64,000 nt of DNA from assembly GCA_033442325.1 (NCBI GenBank), contig JAWQFM010000016.1, positions 130,097 to 194,096 on the forward strand, given 5' to 3'. The stretch is from Salpingoeca rosetta. Lineage: Eukaryota > Protista > Choanoflagellata. The notes under the pieces were generated by a model. That model ran no database searches. It was not told the origin of the DNA and saw nothing but the letters and a program-made list of their open reading frames with translations. Shown one piece after another: positions 52,101-63,846 of the stretch (position 1 is its first letter; each line of letters opens with the position of its first letter). The position numbers and the translations under genes are program-made.

Positions 52101-55100
52101 TGGTCCACAGCGCGACGACAGTCGGAAGAAACATCCGCTGCTTCGCCCATACGAGGAGCTGGCGGAAGAGGATAAGGCATACAACCGCGAGACGAGCCGG
52201 GAACAGGTGAAGGTGATTATGGCCCTTGGCTGGACCATCAAGAAAGCAGACAGCTTCACGCTTCAGCGGCAGCGCGCGGCACGGCTGGCCGCCACGCCAT
52301 CGGAGCAAGAGCGCTCTCGCCAGCACCAGGGCGGCGGGAATGGTGGTGACAACGACGATGATGACGACTCTGCTGGTGAAGAGCAGACGAGTGGCACTGC
52401 CGGTGCAGCAAGCAACGCACCTTTAGCGTCTGGCACGACGACGGCGAGCGCCACCCCAACCACGCTCTCTCGCAGTGGGAGTGGCGGCCGTGGGCTGACG
52501 GGCCCTCTGTCTCGCTCCGCATCCGCTCGCATCAGCAGGCACCTGGAGGATGACGATGATGATGACGACGATGACGATGCCGACGAAGATGGCAATCACG
52601 GTGGCGGAAGCGGCTCGGCCCATGGTCCTGGTGGTGGCCGGGATGCAACGCGGTCCATTGCATCATCCGCGCCAACCACGTCATCGCCGTCACCAGCACC
52701 GGCCCTGCCGCCCTCGCAGTCGTGGCGGCCACAGCCCGTGAACCTCTCTGGCATCCGGCTGAGCGAGGATGTGCTTGCAGTGCGAGAGCAGCTCGCAGAG
52801 AACTCGCACGACGTGTGGGCGGTCAAGAAATTGCAGCAGCTGCGCAGTACGGGGCAGCGCCACCCCGACCTCATGCCATACGATCAGCTCACCGACGAGC
52901 AGAAGGCGTACGATCGTGACTCCAGTGCAGAGACGCTTCGATACCTCATTGCCAGCGGATATGAGCTCACGCGCCGCACGAAGACGACGCGCAAGGGCGT
53001 GCGCTTTGCGCTCATGCTGCTTCGGCTGGTTGCTGCCGTGGTGGTTGGCGCTGATGTGAGCGCAGAGCAGGCAGCGGCCGACGGGTTTTCCTGGCCCTCG
53101 CGCGTGCGTGTGCATGACGACAACGACGAGACGTGGCCGCAGGCAGTTGTGGATGAGCTCACGTGCACGAGCCACGCACCGCGGCGCACGCCAACACCCC
53201 CCTCTTCCACGGGTGGCGGTGGCGATGAGGAGGAGGAAGAAGGGTCTCGCTCCCTCCCTCGCATCCGCCCCCAGCGCCGGCGGTCACGGCAGCAGGGTGT
53301 AGCGCACGAAGCACGCGCGAAAGGCACGACAGGTACACAGGGCAATGCGGTGGTGGATTGGCAGCGGCGCAGCAAGCAGTTGCGGTGGTTTGTGCTGCCA
53401 CTGCTGCAGCGTGTGCTGGAGTGCTTCCGCGAACACCTACTGCCAGCGACACGCTACACGCATGGCGGCGTCCCCGAGCCAGAGCACCGCATGCTGGCCC
53501 TGCTCGTGCAGGAGCTGTTGCGCAGCACGGCGCACATTGACGACGTGAACATGGTGCGCGGGTCGCTGGTGGCCATCGTTCGCAGCTTCTACCTCTCTGC
53601 GGCGCCCTCTGACGATGCTGAGAATGACGAAGACACGCCTGAAGCACCAGCACCAGCAGCATCGAAGCTCTCGCTCTCAACAACAGCACCAGCAACGGGA
53701 TCAGCAACACCAACAGGCGCAGCAGGAACAGCAGCAGCAGGAACAACGACTGGTTCGTCGTCAAGTCTTATGAAGAGCGCCTCGACGGGCGGGACAACAC
53801 GGAGACGAAAGCGCCCATCCTTCGCATCTGCCATGAATGCGCTCCGTCTCGTGCGCTCACGGACATCACCGCGGTCCCGTCGCCGCCGCTTTGGAAGCGG
53901 CATGCAGCCGGCGGAGGGTGCTGGTGTTGCCTCGCAGTTTCACGCGCAGCTGGCAGCGTCGCCCACGGCGCAGGGCCATCCACCGGTTGTGAACCAGCTG
54001 CTTAAGGCATGCGCTGAGCTGTTCTCGCAGTTCCTGCACCGATGCGGTGACGTGCATGTGCCATCGCAGCGACACGCCACACGGTCCCCGCCTGCAACAA
54101 ACGAGCACTCTGCGTCAGCACAAAGCACAAACACTGGCGACACAGCAGGAGCAACAGCAGCACGCGGCGGCAATGAAGGCGACGATGATCACGAAGCCGT
54201 GCGCCAGCGCCTTGCACGCGTGTGTGCATCGGTGGTACTGCCCATGCTGCGGGCGTTCTTTGAAACCCACGGGGGCGCCACGTGTCTGCTGTGTGACGTT
54301 GCAGACTCGCACATGCGTACGGTGCTTCATGCATGCAGCAACCCGGTGTTGCTGACAAAGCTGTCTGCCCTGGATACCTCTGTGCACTCCTCTGCTCGCT
54401 CATGTCTCTTTCACGTGTCGCGCTGCATCCCTACACCGTTCACGCCAGACCTCAACACGAACCACGCTCGCCATGGCGATGGCAGTGATGTCGATGATGC
54501 CGATGATGATGATGATCGTGGTGATGGTGTTGATGATGAAGAGGACGCTTTGCCGACCACGGTGGATGGTGCTGTTGCGATGCTGGAAAGTGTTGCAGAC
54601 TCGCGCCACCTGGAAAGTTCACAGGCAGGGCGGCTGCTGCGCCTTGTGCCCATGCTGTGCGGGCATTTGACGCGGTTCACATCGAGTTCTGGTGACTCTG
54701 CTCCCGTGCACACGCTGGAGACAACGGCCACGCTGCTCACGCGCATGCACATGCGGCTGTCGGGCAACAGCGACACGCGCCACCTTGCACGGCAGCTCAC
54801 GCCGTTTGTTCAGGCGGTGCTGCGTATGCCCAGCTTCAACTTGGACCTGTACCTGTTCTCTGCTGTGACCACCGCGGCACTATCTGTAATTGACCGCGCC
54901 CCGGAGTACGAAGGCCTTCCCCACGCCACATCCGATGAGCAGCTCAAAGAAAGCACGGCACACCTCATGACCGCACTGCCGCTCATGGCATCCTACCTGC
55001 AGGTGTGTTGTGTGTGTGTGTGTTTGTTTGTTTTGTGTGTGTGTGTGTGTGTGCGTGCGTGTGTGTATTTGTTTGGTTGTTTGTTTGTGTGCATGTTTTT

Positions 55101-57750
55101 TTGGTTTTTTTTGTGTATGTGGGTGTGTATTTGTTTGTGTAAGTGTGCGCGTGTGTGTGTGTGTGGGGGGGGGGGGTTCCGTGTCTGCCGTGCCCGAGTA
55201 GGCAGTTTGACCTCAACTGCGCATGCGCAAGCGCATGCTCATAACATCTTTCTCTGCTTGTTTGAACAGGCGCGTGTTGAGCGTTACAGCCTGCTGATGC
55301 AAAACCATCCAACCATGCTGAAGCCAACAGCACAGGTGATGCTTCCAGCACCAACCATTCGATGTGGCTTGCTCGCTTGCACGTGTACATTGTGAAATGG
55401 TTGTGCAGTTTGAGTGCTCGTTGTTACCCATTCTCATGTCTCACCGCCACCTCACTGGCTGCTGCCTCTGTTGTGTTGTTGCTCTGTAGGATTTGGTACG
55501 CTTCCCCGTTGCCGCGCGCTTGAGTCAGGCGTGCGTCAGCATCCTCAATGTGTACACTCTCAAGCAAGGTTTGTCCCGTACATGTGATGAATTGGCTGAC
55601 GTGGGCGGACACTTACAGTTTGTGCTGTTCACACACGCACGTACACAAACACTCGTGTATCCACATACACACACATATACTCACACACTCACACACACAC
55701 ACATGTCACTTCATCCGTCGCCCCCCCCCCCCGATTCAGACGTGAGCGGCATCGGGCATGCCTTCCGCTCAACGTGCAGCGCTGCGGAAGTGGACGCGAA
55801 CACCACGGTGCGCGGGGGCATAAGCGCGATCGTGTGTGTGCGTGTGTGTGTGTGCGTGTGTGTGCGTGTGTGTGTGTGTGTGCGTTTGCGTGCACGTCAA
55901 TGCCCACTTCCTCACGCCCTCGCATGGTTTTGTTTTGTATGCGCAGGTGTTTGTGCAATTGTGCCGGGAGAAGCTATCCCCTGAGGAGCTGCTTGCTCTC
56001 CGTCGAACATCGCAGCGCTTCAAGGACGCAAAGGCGGATCCAGCGCAGGTCAGCCACTGCCACCACGCAATGCGCCAGCACGGGATGCTTCTACCCACGC
56101 ACTGTCCTTGCTCTTTGTGACATGAGCACTTACTCACACCAGTTTGCTTGTTGCACCGCCTGTTGTTTTTCCATGTTCCTTTGTATCAGGTTCGCGCGTG
56201 CATTTCACGCATGCTGGAGAGCACGAAGCAATCGACATCATCGTCAGCATCATCGTCTTCAACGTCGTCGTCAGCGGCCAGTACCACAGCACGCCAGTCG
56301 CGCTTCTCGGCCTCCATCACACTGCGGAACACAGAGCCGGCGGCGCCGCAAGCCGCCCGCGTGCTGTTCCTGTGGCAGCTGATGCGCGCGTACCGTGTGC
56401 TGAAGCGACGCCAAGAGCAGCGCGCAAGCAGGGGCGGGGCACCACGCACTGCGGGCATGTGGCGACGCGCTCTTGTGATGCAGCAGAAGAAGCACATTCT
56501 CGACTGCTTACGCATGGTGCCGTTCTACCGCAGCTTTGAGCGCTCCCAGACAGACAGCATCAGGCACTTTATCAGGTGTGTGTTGTGTTGTTGCGTGCGT
56601 GTGTGTGTGCTGCGTGTTGTGTTGTTGCGTGCATGCGTTCCTGTGTGTGTGTGTGTGTATGTGTGCGTGTGTGAGCGGTTTTTTGATGCAGTCTTGCTGT
56701 TATGTGCATGATATCTGCTGCCTTTGTCTTGTGTGTCTGCGTCTTTGAGTTTGCTCTCACATTTGCCTGGCAACAATGATGTCGCATGGTATACAGGGCG
56801 TTCCATGACGCGTGGCTGGGAACGGAGGAGACAATTCGCGTGAATGCAATGAACCAGCAGCTGGAAAGCGCGTCAAACATGTCTCGCCCTCTTCCTCTCA
56901 CTGAAGGCGATCGCGGTGACGCCCTGTTGCGGCTCATCAACATGCTCACCGCTCTCGTCACAGAAGGTGCGATGCGTGCGCCGGTGTTGCTTTGTGCTGT
57001 GTTGTCGTAGATGGTGTGTGTGTGTGTGTGTTGTGTGTGTGTGTGTGTTGTGTGTGTGTTGTGTGTTGTGCGTGTCGTCTTTGTTTCGTTTAGTGTGGGT
57101 TCTTCGTTCGTGTGGCATGCCTAGCACTGGCACGCACATGTGCTTCTTCGATTCCCTTCTTGACATAACCTCACTGTTGTGTCACGTGTTTTCTGTGTCA
57201 ACGTGTAGAAGAAAACTTTGGCGTGCCCGCGGCCGACAAGCACCGTGTGTTTGTCAACTTATTGCAGGCGCTCAGCAAGCGCTGTGACTGGCGCGATGAG
57301 TACAGCATGGACCTGGTCGAAGGTGTGTCAAAAGTCAAAAGGTTGCGCAAGTGTGTGTGTGTGTGTGTGCGCGTGCGTGCGTGCGTGCGTGCTTGCGTGC
57401 GTGTATGTGTGTGCGTGCGTGCGTGTATGTGTGTGTGTGCGTGCGTACAAGTATATTTGCACAAACTTGCATAGGAGACAACGTCACGCGACCTCGCAGT
57501 GAGGCAACACGCCATGTCCATCTCACACCACCGCTTGCAACCACTTGACCATCATACCATCGCATCACGATGCCCACTCCTCTCGACAGGCGACGATGAC
57601 CTTGACGACTACGGAGACGGCGCCAGCACGGAATCAGCGCTTGTTGAGCAGCGCCGGGAGACGAGGGAGAGGAGACAGAATCAGCTCGCAGAGAGGGGCG
57701 CGTGCCGTCTCGTCGCTCGCGGCATTGCGGCGTTTGCCCAGTCAAAGTCG

Positions 57751-57842
<92 letters not shown>

Positions 57843-58360
57843 TTTGTTCCGTCATGGTGAAATGCTCACTCTTGAAGCACATCCCACCTGCAATGGCCCA
57901 TCCACACACAGCGGTTCTTCACGGATGACTCTGTTAACACACTGTGTATCTGTGCCTGTTTTCGCCCGTGATTGCTGCTCTGAATGCTCTCATGTCTGCG
58001 TGCAACCGTGTTTCATGTATGCAGACACCGGCATGTATCGTGAGTGCTTGAGCCTGGTCGATGTTGCTGCGAATGTCGCAGCCAACACACCATACACGAG
58101 CTATTGCTGTCCTTCCGCCATGCTCCCGTCCGCCCTCACGCCCCCATCCACCCATTCATCCATTGTTTTTTTTTTTGTTCCGCCGCGACGTCACCATCAC
58201 TACCACCAACGACAGGAGTTCCGGGCCAACACGCTGCAGCCTGCGATGGACTGCGCCCTGAAGCTGGTGATTGTGTTCACGCAACTGCGGCAGCTTGGCG
58301 ATGCCGCTGTCAACACCGAGCTCGCAACCTTCCTCCAGCCAGGATCAGCAGGTGCGCGTG

Positions 58361-58442
<82 letters not shown>

Positions 58443-59790
58443 GTGTGTGTGTGTGTGTGTGTGTGCGTGTGCGTGTGTGTTCGTGCCCACCCCCTTCTCT
58501 TCATCTCAAATCCAACTGTCTCGGCGACTGTTCACGCTGCCCAAACACGCAATCTCACATCAAACACACATGAACGTCCCCAATGCCCTCCACCCCATGA
58601 ACGACTTCATACGGCAGGCAAGCTGCTGATGCGGCACTTTGAGAAGGAGCTTGCGGTGGTTGAGATTGTGGGCAAGAGCGGGCGCGTTGAACGTGTGTTC
58701 TTCCCCGTCGATCCATCGCAGCTTGCACTGTACTTTGCGCCGGAGGTACAAGAGACAAAGGCGGCGTTTTTGCGCACTGTCGAGAGGGAGAACACGAAGC
58801 TCAAGCACATTCAGTTTGTTGATTTCTGCGAAGACACCATCTTCGCCATGAAGCAGACGACGCAACTTCTTGGTGCACCAGGGTGAGCATGGGTATTGCA
58901 GCATTGGGGTGTTGGTGATGCTGCTGGTGATATTGGTGGTGGTGGTCCGATAATTCTTGAATGGTGATGCATCTGACATCCGTTACCTGTGTGCATTACT
59001 CACCCTTGCTGCACTTTCTACTTGATGCTTGCGCTCCTACTCCTTCCCGCGCTGACATTCGTCCTCCGGCCACTGCTGTCACCCTGTCATCGCCGTCATC
59101 AGCGACAACACCGGCGCTTCTGCGCTGGGCGACTTGGCCCATGAACGAAGGCATTCCTTTTGGTGCGTACGTGTGTGTGTGTGTGTGTGCATGCATGTGT
59201 GTGTATGTGTGTGTGTGTGTGTGCGAGAGAGAGACAGGCAGAGACAGAGACAGGCAGAGACAGAGACAGGCAGAGACAGAGAGAGACAGAGAGAGAGAGG
59301 ACACACACAGAGCGAGAGCGAGAGAGCGGAGACAGAGTGCGTGTACAGATTTCTATGTTTGTATGTATGTCCCTGTGCGTCGCTCTGGTGCGCCTGTCCG
59401 CACTGCTAACGTCTAGATCCCTCATGACTGGTTCTGTTGGCAGGCGGTTCGAGAAGACAGCGACGGCATGGTTACGCGTGTCCTCGTTCCTTGCCAACTA
59501 CCACAGCGTGTTCCGCACCGCGGCCTTTGCCATCGTGCTTGCCATCAACATCAGCCTTTTGTACTACGAGGGCCGACCGACGAAGCAGGCGTCATCAACA
59601 GCACAGCGGTTCCTGCAGTGGTGTTTGCCCACCATGACGTCTGCCCATGTCCTCCTCTCCTTCCTCCTCCTCATCGCCTTCATCATGCTCAGGGTGCGTG
59701 TGCGTGTTGTGTATTGTGTGTGCGTGTTGTGTATTGTGTGTGCGTGTTGCGTGTTGCGTGTTGTGTGTGTGCGTGCGTGTGGGTGCGTGC

Positions 59791-59845
<55 letters not shown>

Positions 59846-62545
59846 CGTGCGTGTTGTGTGTGTATTTGCGTTTTCATGTTGTGTCTGTGCATATTGTGTC
59901 TGTGCATGTGTGTTGTGCGCGTTCGTGTTTGCAGCCATGTGCATTCGTGTGTGCAGTCATGTGCATTCGTGTTTGCAACCATGTGCCTTCGTGTTTGCAA
60001 CCATGTGCATTCGTTTGCACTCATGCACCTGCGCACATATGCGTGCGTGTGCTTCCCTCCACGCTCGCTCACATACGAACATACACGTGCACGTGCCGTT
60101 TTGTGCTGGAACAGGTGCCGATGATTCTGTTCAAGCACGAGAAGCAGATTGTCCGCCACTTGCGGGAGGTTGACGTCGAGTGGATGTCGGACAGGCCGGT
60201 GCGTTGTTTTCATCGGGTATCTTGGCGACGGTGGTGGCACAAGTGTTGGTCGTATGTTCACGTGCCTCTCTCCACAAGTACATGCTCGCTGTTTTCATGC
60301 ATCCATTCCTTGTACACACACACACACTTACACAAGCACACACTTACACACGCGTACGCAGACGCTGAGAGGCATGTTTGATGTGGACGCGCTGTCCCGT
60401 GTGTGGCACAACCTGGCGCTGACGTCACGGAGTTTCCCGATGATTTATCACGATCCAGACGCACGCGAATACGCGCTGGAGCAAGCGCACAACGAAGGCG
60501 TGGACGTTGACGGGCTGATTCCGCCACTGCGCGACGGCGATGGCAAACACGTCTACTACATGTGGGCACTGGGCCTCGTGCTGACCAACTCTGCGTTCAT
60601 GTACCGCGTGTTCTATCTCCTGTTCAGCGTGATTGGCGCGGCGTCCACGCCGTTCCTGTTCGCTGTCCATCTTCTGGACATTGCGCTGCAGAACCAGGTG
60701 CTGTTCAACGTGCTGCAGTCTGTCGTGCACAACGGGCGGCAGCTGCTTATCACCATCGCCTTCACCGTCTGTGTCATCTACATCTACACCGTGATCGCCT
60801 TCAACTTCTTCCGCGTGTTCTTTGAGAAGGATGACAAGAACATGTGTGCGTCCATGCTCGAGTGCTTCGTCTTCATGATCAACGCGGTGAGGATGGATGG
60901 CATGCGTGCATGGAAGGGGAGCGAGGGAGGACAGAAGGTTGTATGTGTGATGCGTGTACTTGTGTGTTTTGGAGAGGGGGGAGGGCATGTTGTGTGCCAT
61001 TTCTGCGACGTTGGAAAGCTGAAGTGCGTCTGTTGTGTGGTGTGTTGTTCACCTCATTCACACTTTATTCCTGTGTGTGTGCATGTGATCAGGGTCTGCG
61101 CTCTGGTGGTGGCATTGGCGACGAACTCGGTAATGACCATACGCACACGCCCACGCACACGTGCTTGATTGAGCCTTCACCTCGCATCATGTCAAACGCA
61201 ACTGTTGCTGGTGCTTGTGCTGATTCTTGCGCTGGTGTTTATTTTCCCTCTTCGTGGCACTGTTCATCGTGTTCGGTGTCAACGGTTGTGAGTACGGCAA
61301 TGCAACGTGACCTCCACTCCCCCACCGCTTTCGTGCAACTGTTGCAGAGCCTGCGACGGGACACGAGCTTGAGTCATACCGCATCATGTTCGACATCACG
61401 TTCTTCTTTGTCGTCATCATCATTCTCCTGGCCATCGTGCAGGTGCGTGTTTGTTTGTTTGTTTGTTTGTTTGTTTGTTTGTTTGTTTGTTTGTTTGTTT
61501 GTTTGTTTGTTTGTTTGTTTGTTTGTTTGTTTGTTTGTTTGTTTGTTTGTTTGTTTGTTTGTTTGTTTGTTTGTTTGTTTGTTTGTTTGTTTGTTTGTTT
61601 GTTTGTTTGTGTGTTTGTTTGTTCGTGTACGTTCGTGTGGGTGGGTGTGTGTGCGTATGTGTGTGTGTGCATGTATTTCGTTCGTTTGTTGTGTTCAGGT
61701 TGTACAGCACCATGCGGTGACCATTCCCTGACCACATTGCATGCGTATTTCTGACTGAACCATCTGCACTTCGCTGACCACCACTGCCACCACCCATCGC
61801 ATCACAGGGTCTGATCATTGACGCATTTGGTGAACTGCGTGATCGCATGGAAGCCGTCAAGCAAGCAAACGACAACCAGGTCCGTGCATTGATATGACAA
61901 CACCATCACCAGCAATGTCACCCGATGTTACTGTCATTGTTGCTCGTAGTTGTTGTGGTTTCCTCAATATGGTGTTTGATCTTGTTTGTTTTTGAATTCA
62001 CTCACGTAGCCATTCTTGCTCCCTTCCACCCCGTTCTGCGTGATTTTGCATGATTCATCAGTGCTTCATCTGCGGTTTGACGCGACAGGACCTTGACAAG
62101 TTGGTTTTCCTGCTTGTGCGAATGTGTTTGGCGTGGGTCTGTCCTGCGGTCTGGCTTCTCCGTTGTCTGCAACACACACACTCACACACACACACACACA
62201 CGCACACACATTCACTCACTCACTCACTCACTCACACACTCACTCACTCACACACACACTCACTCACACACTCTCTCTCATGCACGCCATGGTGTGTGCA
62301 CGCGTGTTGCTGCTGCCGCCGGTAGGACACCGCATGGGTTCAAGATGCACGTGGAGGAGGAGCACAACTTGGACTACTACCTCTTCTTCTTCATGCACCT
62401 GCTGCACAAGCCCGTAACAGAGCACACGGGCCAGGAGAGCTTTGTGTACGACCTTTACCGCAAGCGCGACTTCAAGTTCTTTCCTGTCGGCGAATGTTTC
62501 CGGGACGCCGCTGCGTCGCAGGAGCAGGAGCAGACAGAGGCCTGA
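32120..62545 (+). CDS. RYR: Ryanodine receptor (intracellular Ca2+-release channel) homolog, ~60 exons, roughly 5,300 aa
   Basis: N-terminal beta-trefoil/MIR ([33 protein letters not shown]), RIH ([17 protein letters not shown]), SPRY1 (YFEV..LRVGWA..GDDIFSW, 39845-40957), and RyR repeats at ~42790-43293, ~51970-52240 and ~52720-52965. Also SPRY3 (~43956-44900), a second RIH ([17 protein letters not shown]), a CaM-binding helix, [18 protein letters not shown] helices, pore [13 protein letters not shown]6 [30 protein letters not shown], and C-terminal CFICG...EEHNL...TEHTGQES...FFPVGECFR. Confidence 0.97.
43441..43522. repeat. (AC)n microsatellite running straight into RyR coding-like sequence
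   Basis: Perfect AC run followed by GGTGGACGAC with no AG immediately after it. Confidence 0.9.
48733..48850. repeat. ~64-bp tandem duplication in an RyR intron
   Basis: TTGGACTTTGTTCTTGGCGTGTGTGAATACTTGTATTTTGTGTG occurs twice, at ~48742 and ~48805. Confidence 0.88.
61448..61622. repeat. (GTTT)n tetranucleotide microsatellite in the RyR intron that splits S6
   Basis: About 40 GTTT units just after the donor at 61443. Confidence 0.95.
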
Positions 62546-62680
62546 CCGCTCGAGGGATTGGGGATTGGAGAAGATAGCAGTGCGGAGGGATTAGACGGCA
62601 AGCGAGAATAGATGAAAACACGGAAGGGTCTGTGTGTTTGTGTGTCTGTCTGTCTGTCTGTGTGTGTGTGTCTGTCTGTC

Positions 62681-62744
<64 letters not shown>

Positions 62745-62983
62745 GTTTTGGCCTCGCCATCATTTCCATTGTGTCATGTTTTGTGCTGGTTGCCTATCGT
62801 TGTAATCGCTGACGCGACATGTAAACACTTTGATTCCAACTTGAACACACACACACACACACGCACACGCACGCACATTGAACTGCAGCTCCTGGATATG
62901 ATCAGTGCAGACACGCATGCGAACACGACAAACAACACAATACGCAACACAGGACCTTCCACCACATTGTGCACCCACCACCG

Positions 62984-63846
62984 TCAGCGGCCGCCAAGGT
63001 CGTGTTTGGTCGCTGATCGCGAGAGCTCCAGGTCCTGTGCATGCAGGAACCGTTCAAAGTCAGCCGTGTCGCCACCATCATTATCGCTGCTGGTGACGGC
63101 GGGGGCGGTGGTGTTGTGGGTGGATTCAACTGTATCCTTCACCGCGATGGCCAGGTCAGGCAGGCCCTCGCCTGTCTGGGTTGATATTCTGTGCACGTGT
63201 GTGTTTGGCAGGATTTGCTTGCAGGCATTGCAAAACTCGTCTGCTTTTGCTTCAACATCAGGCAAATCCATCTGTTGCGATATGCGATTGAAGGCAGGGA
63301 GGAGTGAGGAGGAGAGAAGTGGGAGGACAAAGACACATGAGTTTGCATGGCGTGTGAGAGAGAGAGTGTGTGTGTTTCATGGTGTGTGTGTGTGTGTATG
63401 TGTGTGTGTGTGTCATGGTGCATATGAGGTATTACAGACTGAAAAAGGTCAACCAACACGACTTTTGCATGAACAGACAACAATGTCACTCCCTCGCCCT
63501 TCCGGACCACATCTCTCGCCTTGTTGAGTGCAACGATGGCCGGGCATGAGCGGCGGAGGTTTGGGTCGTAATGATCCAATTCGGCAGCCAGCAGTGCTGT
63601 CAGGTGGGTGCAACAGAAACATTTCAAGGTGGGCGGGGGAGGGCGCGGTGTTGGTGGTGATGGGTGCGTGCGCACAGGGGATGCACTTGGCACTCGTGTA
63701 CACTCCACGACAACACAACACATGAACAAGTGCAGTGACACACGTGGCCAGTATTTGGATCACGCACCGAGCGTCTGCGTTGCGGTGCGGTAAGGGTGGT
63801 CGGGCCCAAGCTGAAATCCGTTCACGTCAATCACATACAGCAACAC
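62984..63846 (-). CDS. GTPBP10: Obg-family GTPase, GTPBP10-like; last three exons only, gene continues beyond the window
   Basis: VLLYVIDVNGFQLGPDHPYRTATQTL | ALLAAELDHYDPNL..PAIVALNK | MDLPD...HRISTQTGEG. G4 motif NKMD; the DxxGFQL...YRTA signature is as in GTPBP10. Confidence 0.82.

Noticed and set aside
32120-62545. IP3 receptor as an alternative call
   Set aside because: SPRY domains, RyR repeats, the GGGIGDE filter, the [14 protein letters not shown]6 and the short C-terminus are RyR-specific.
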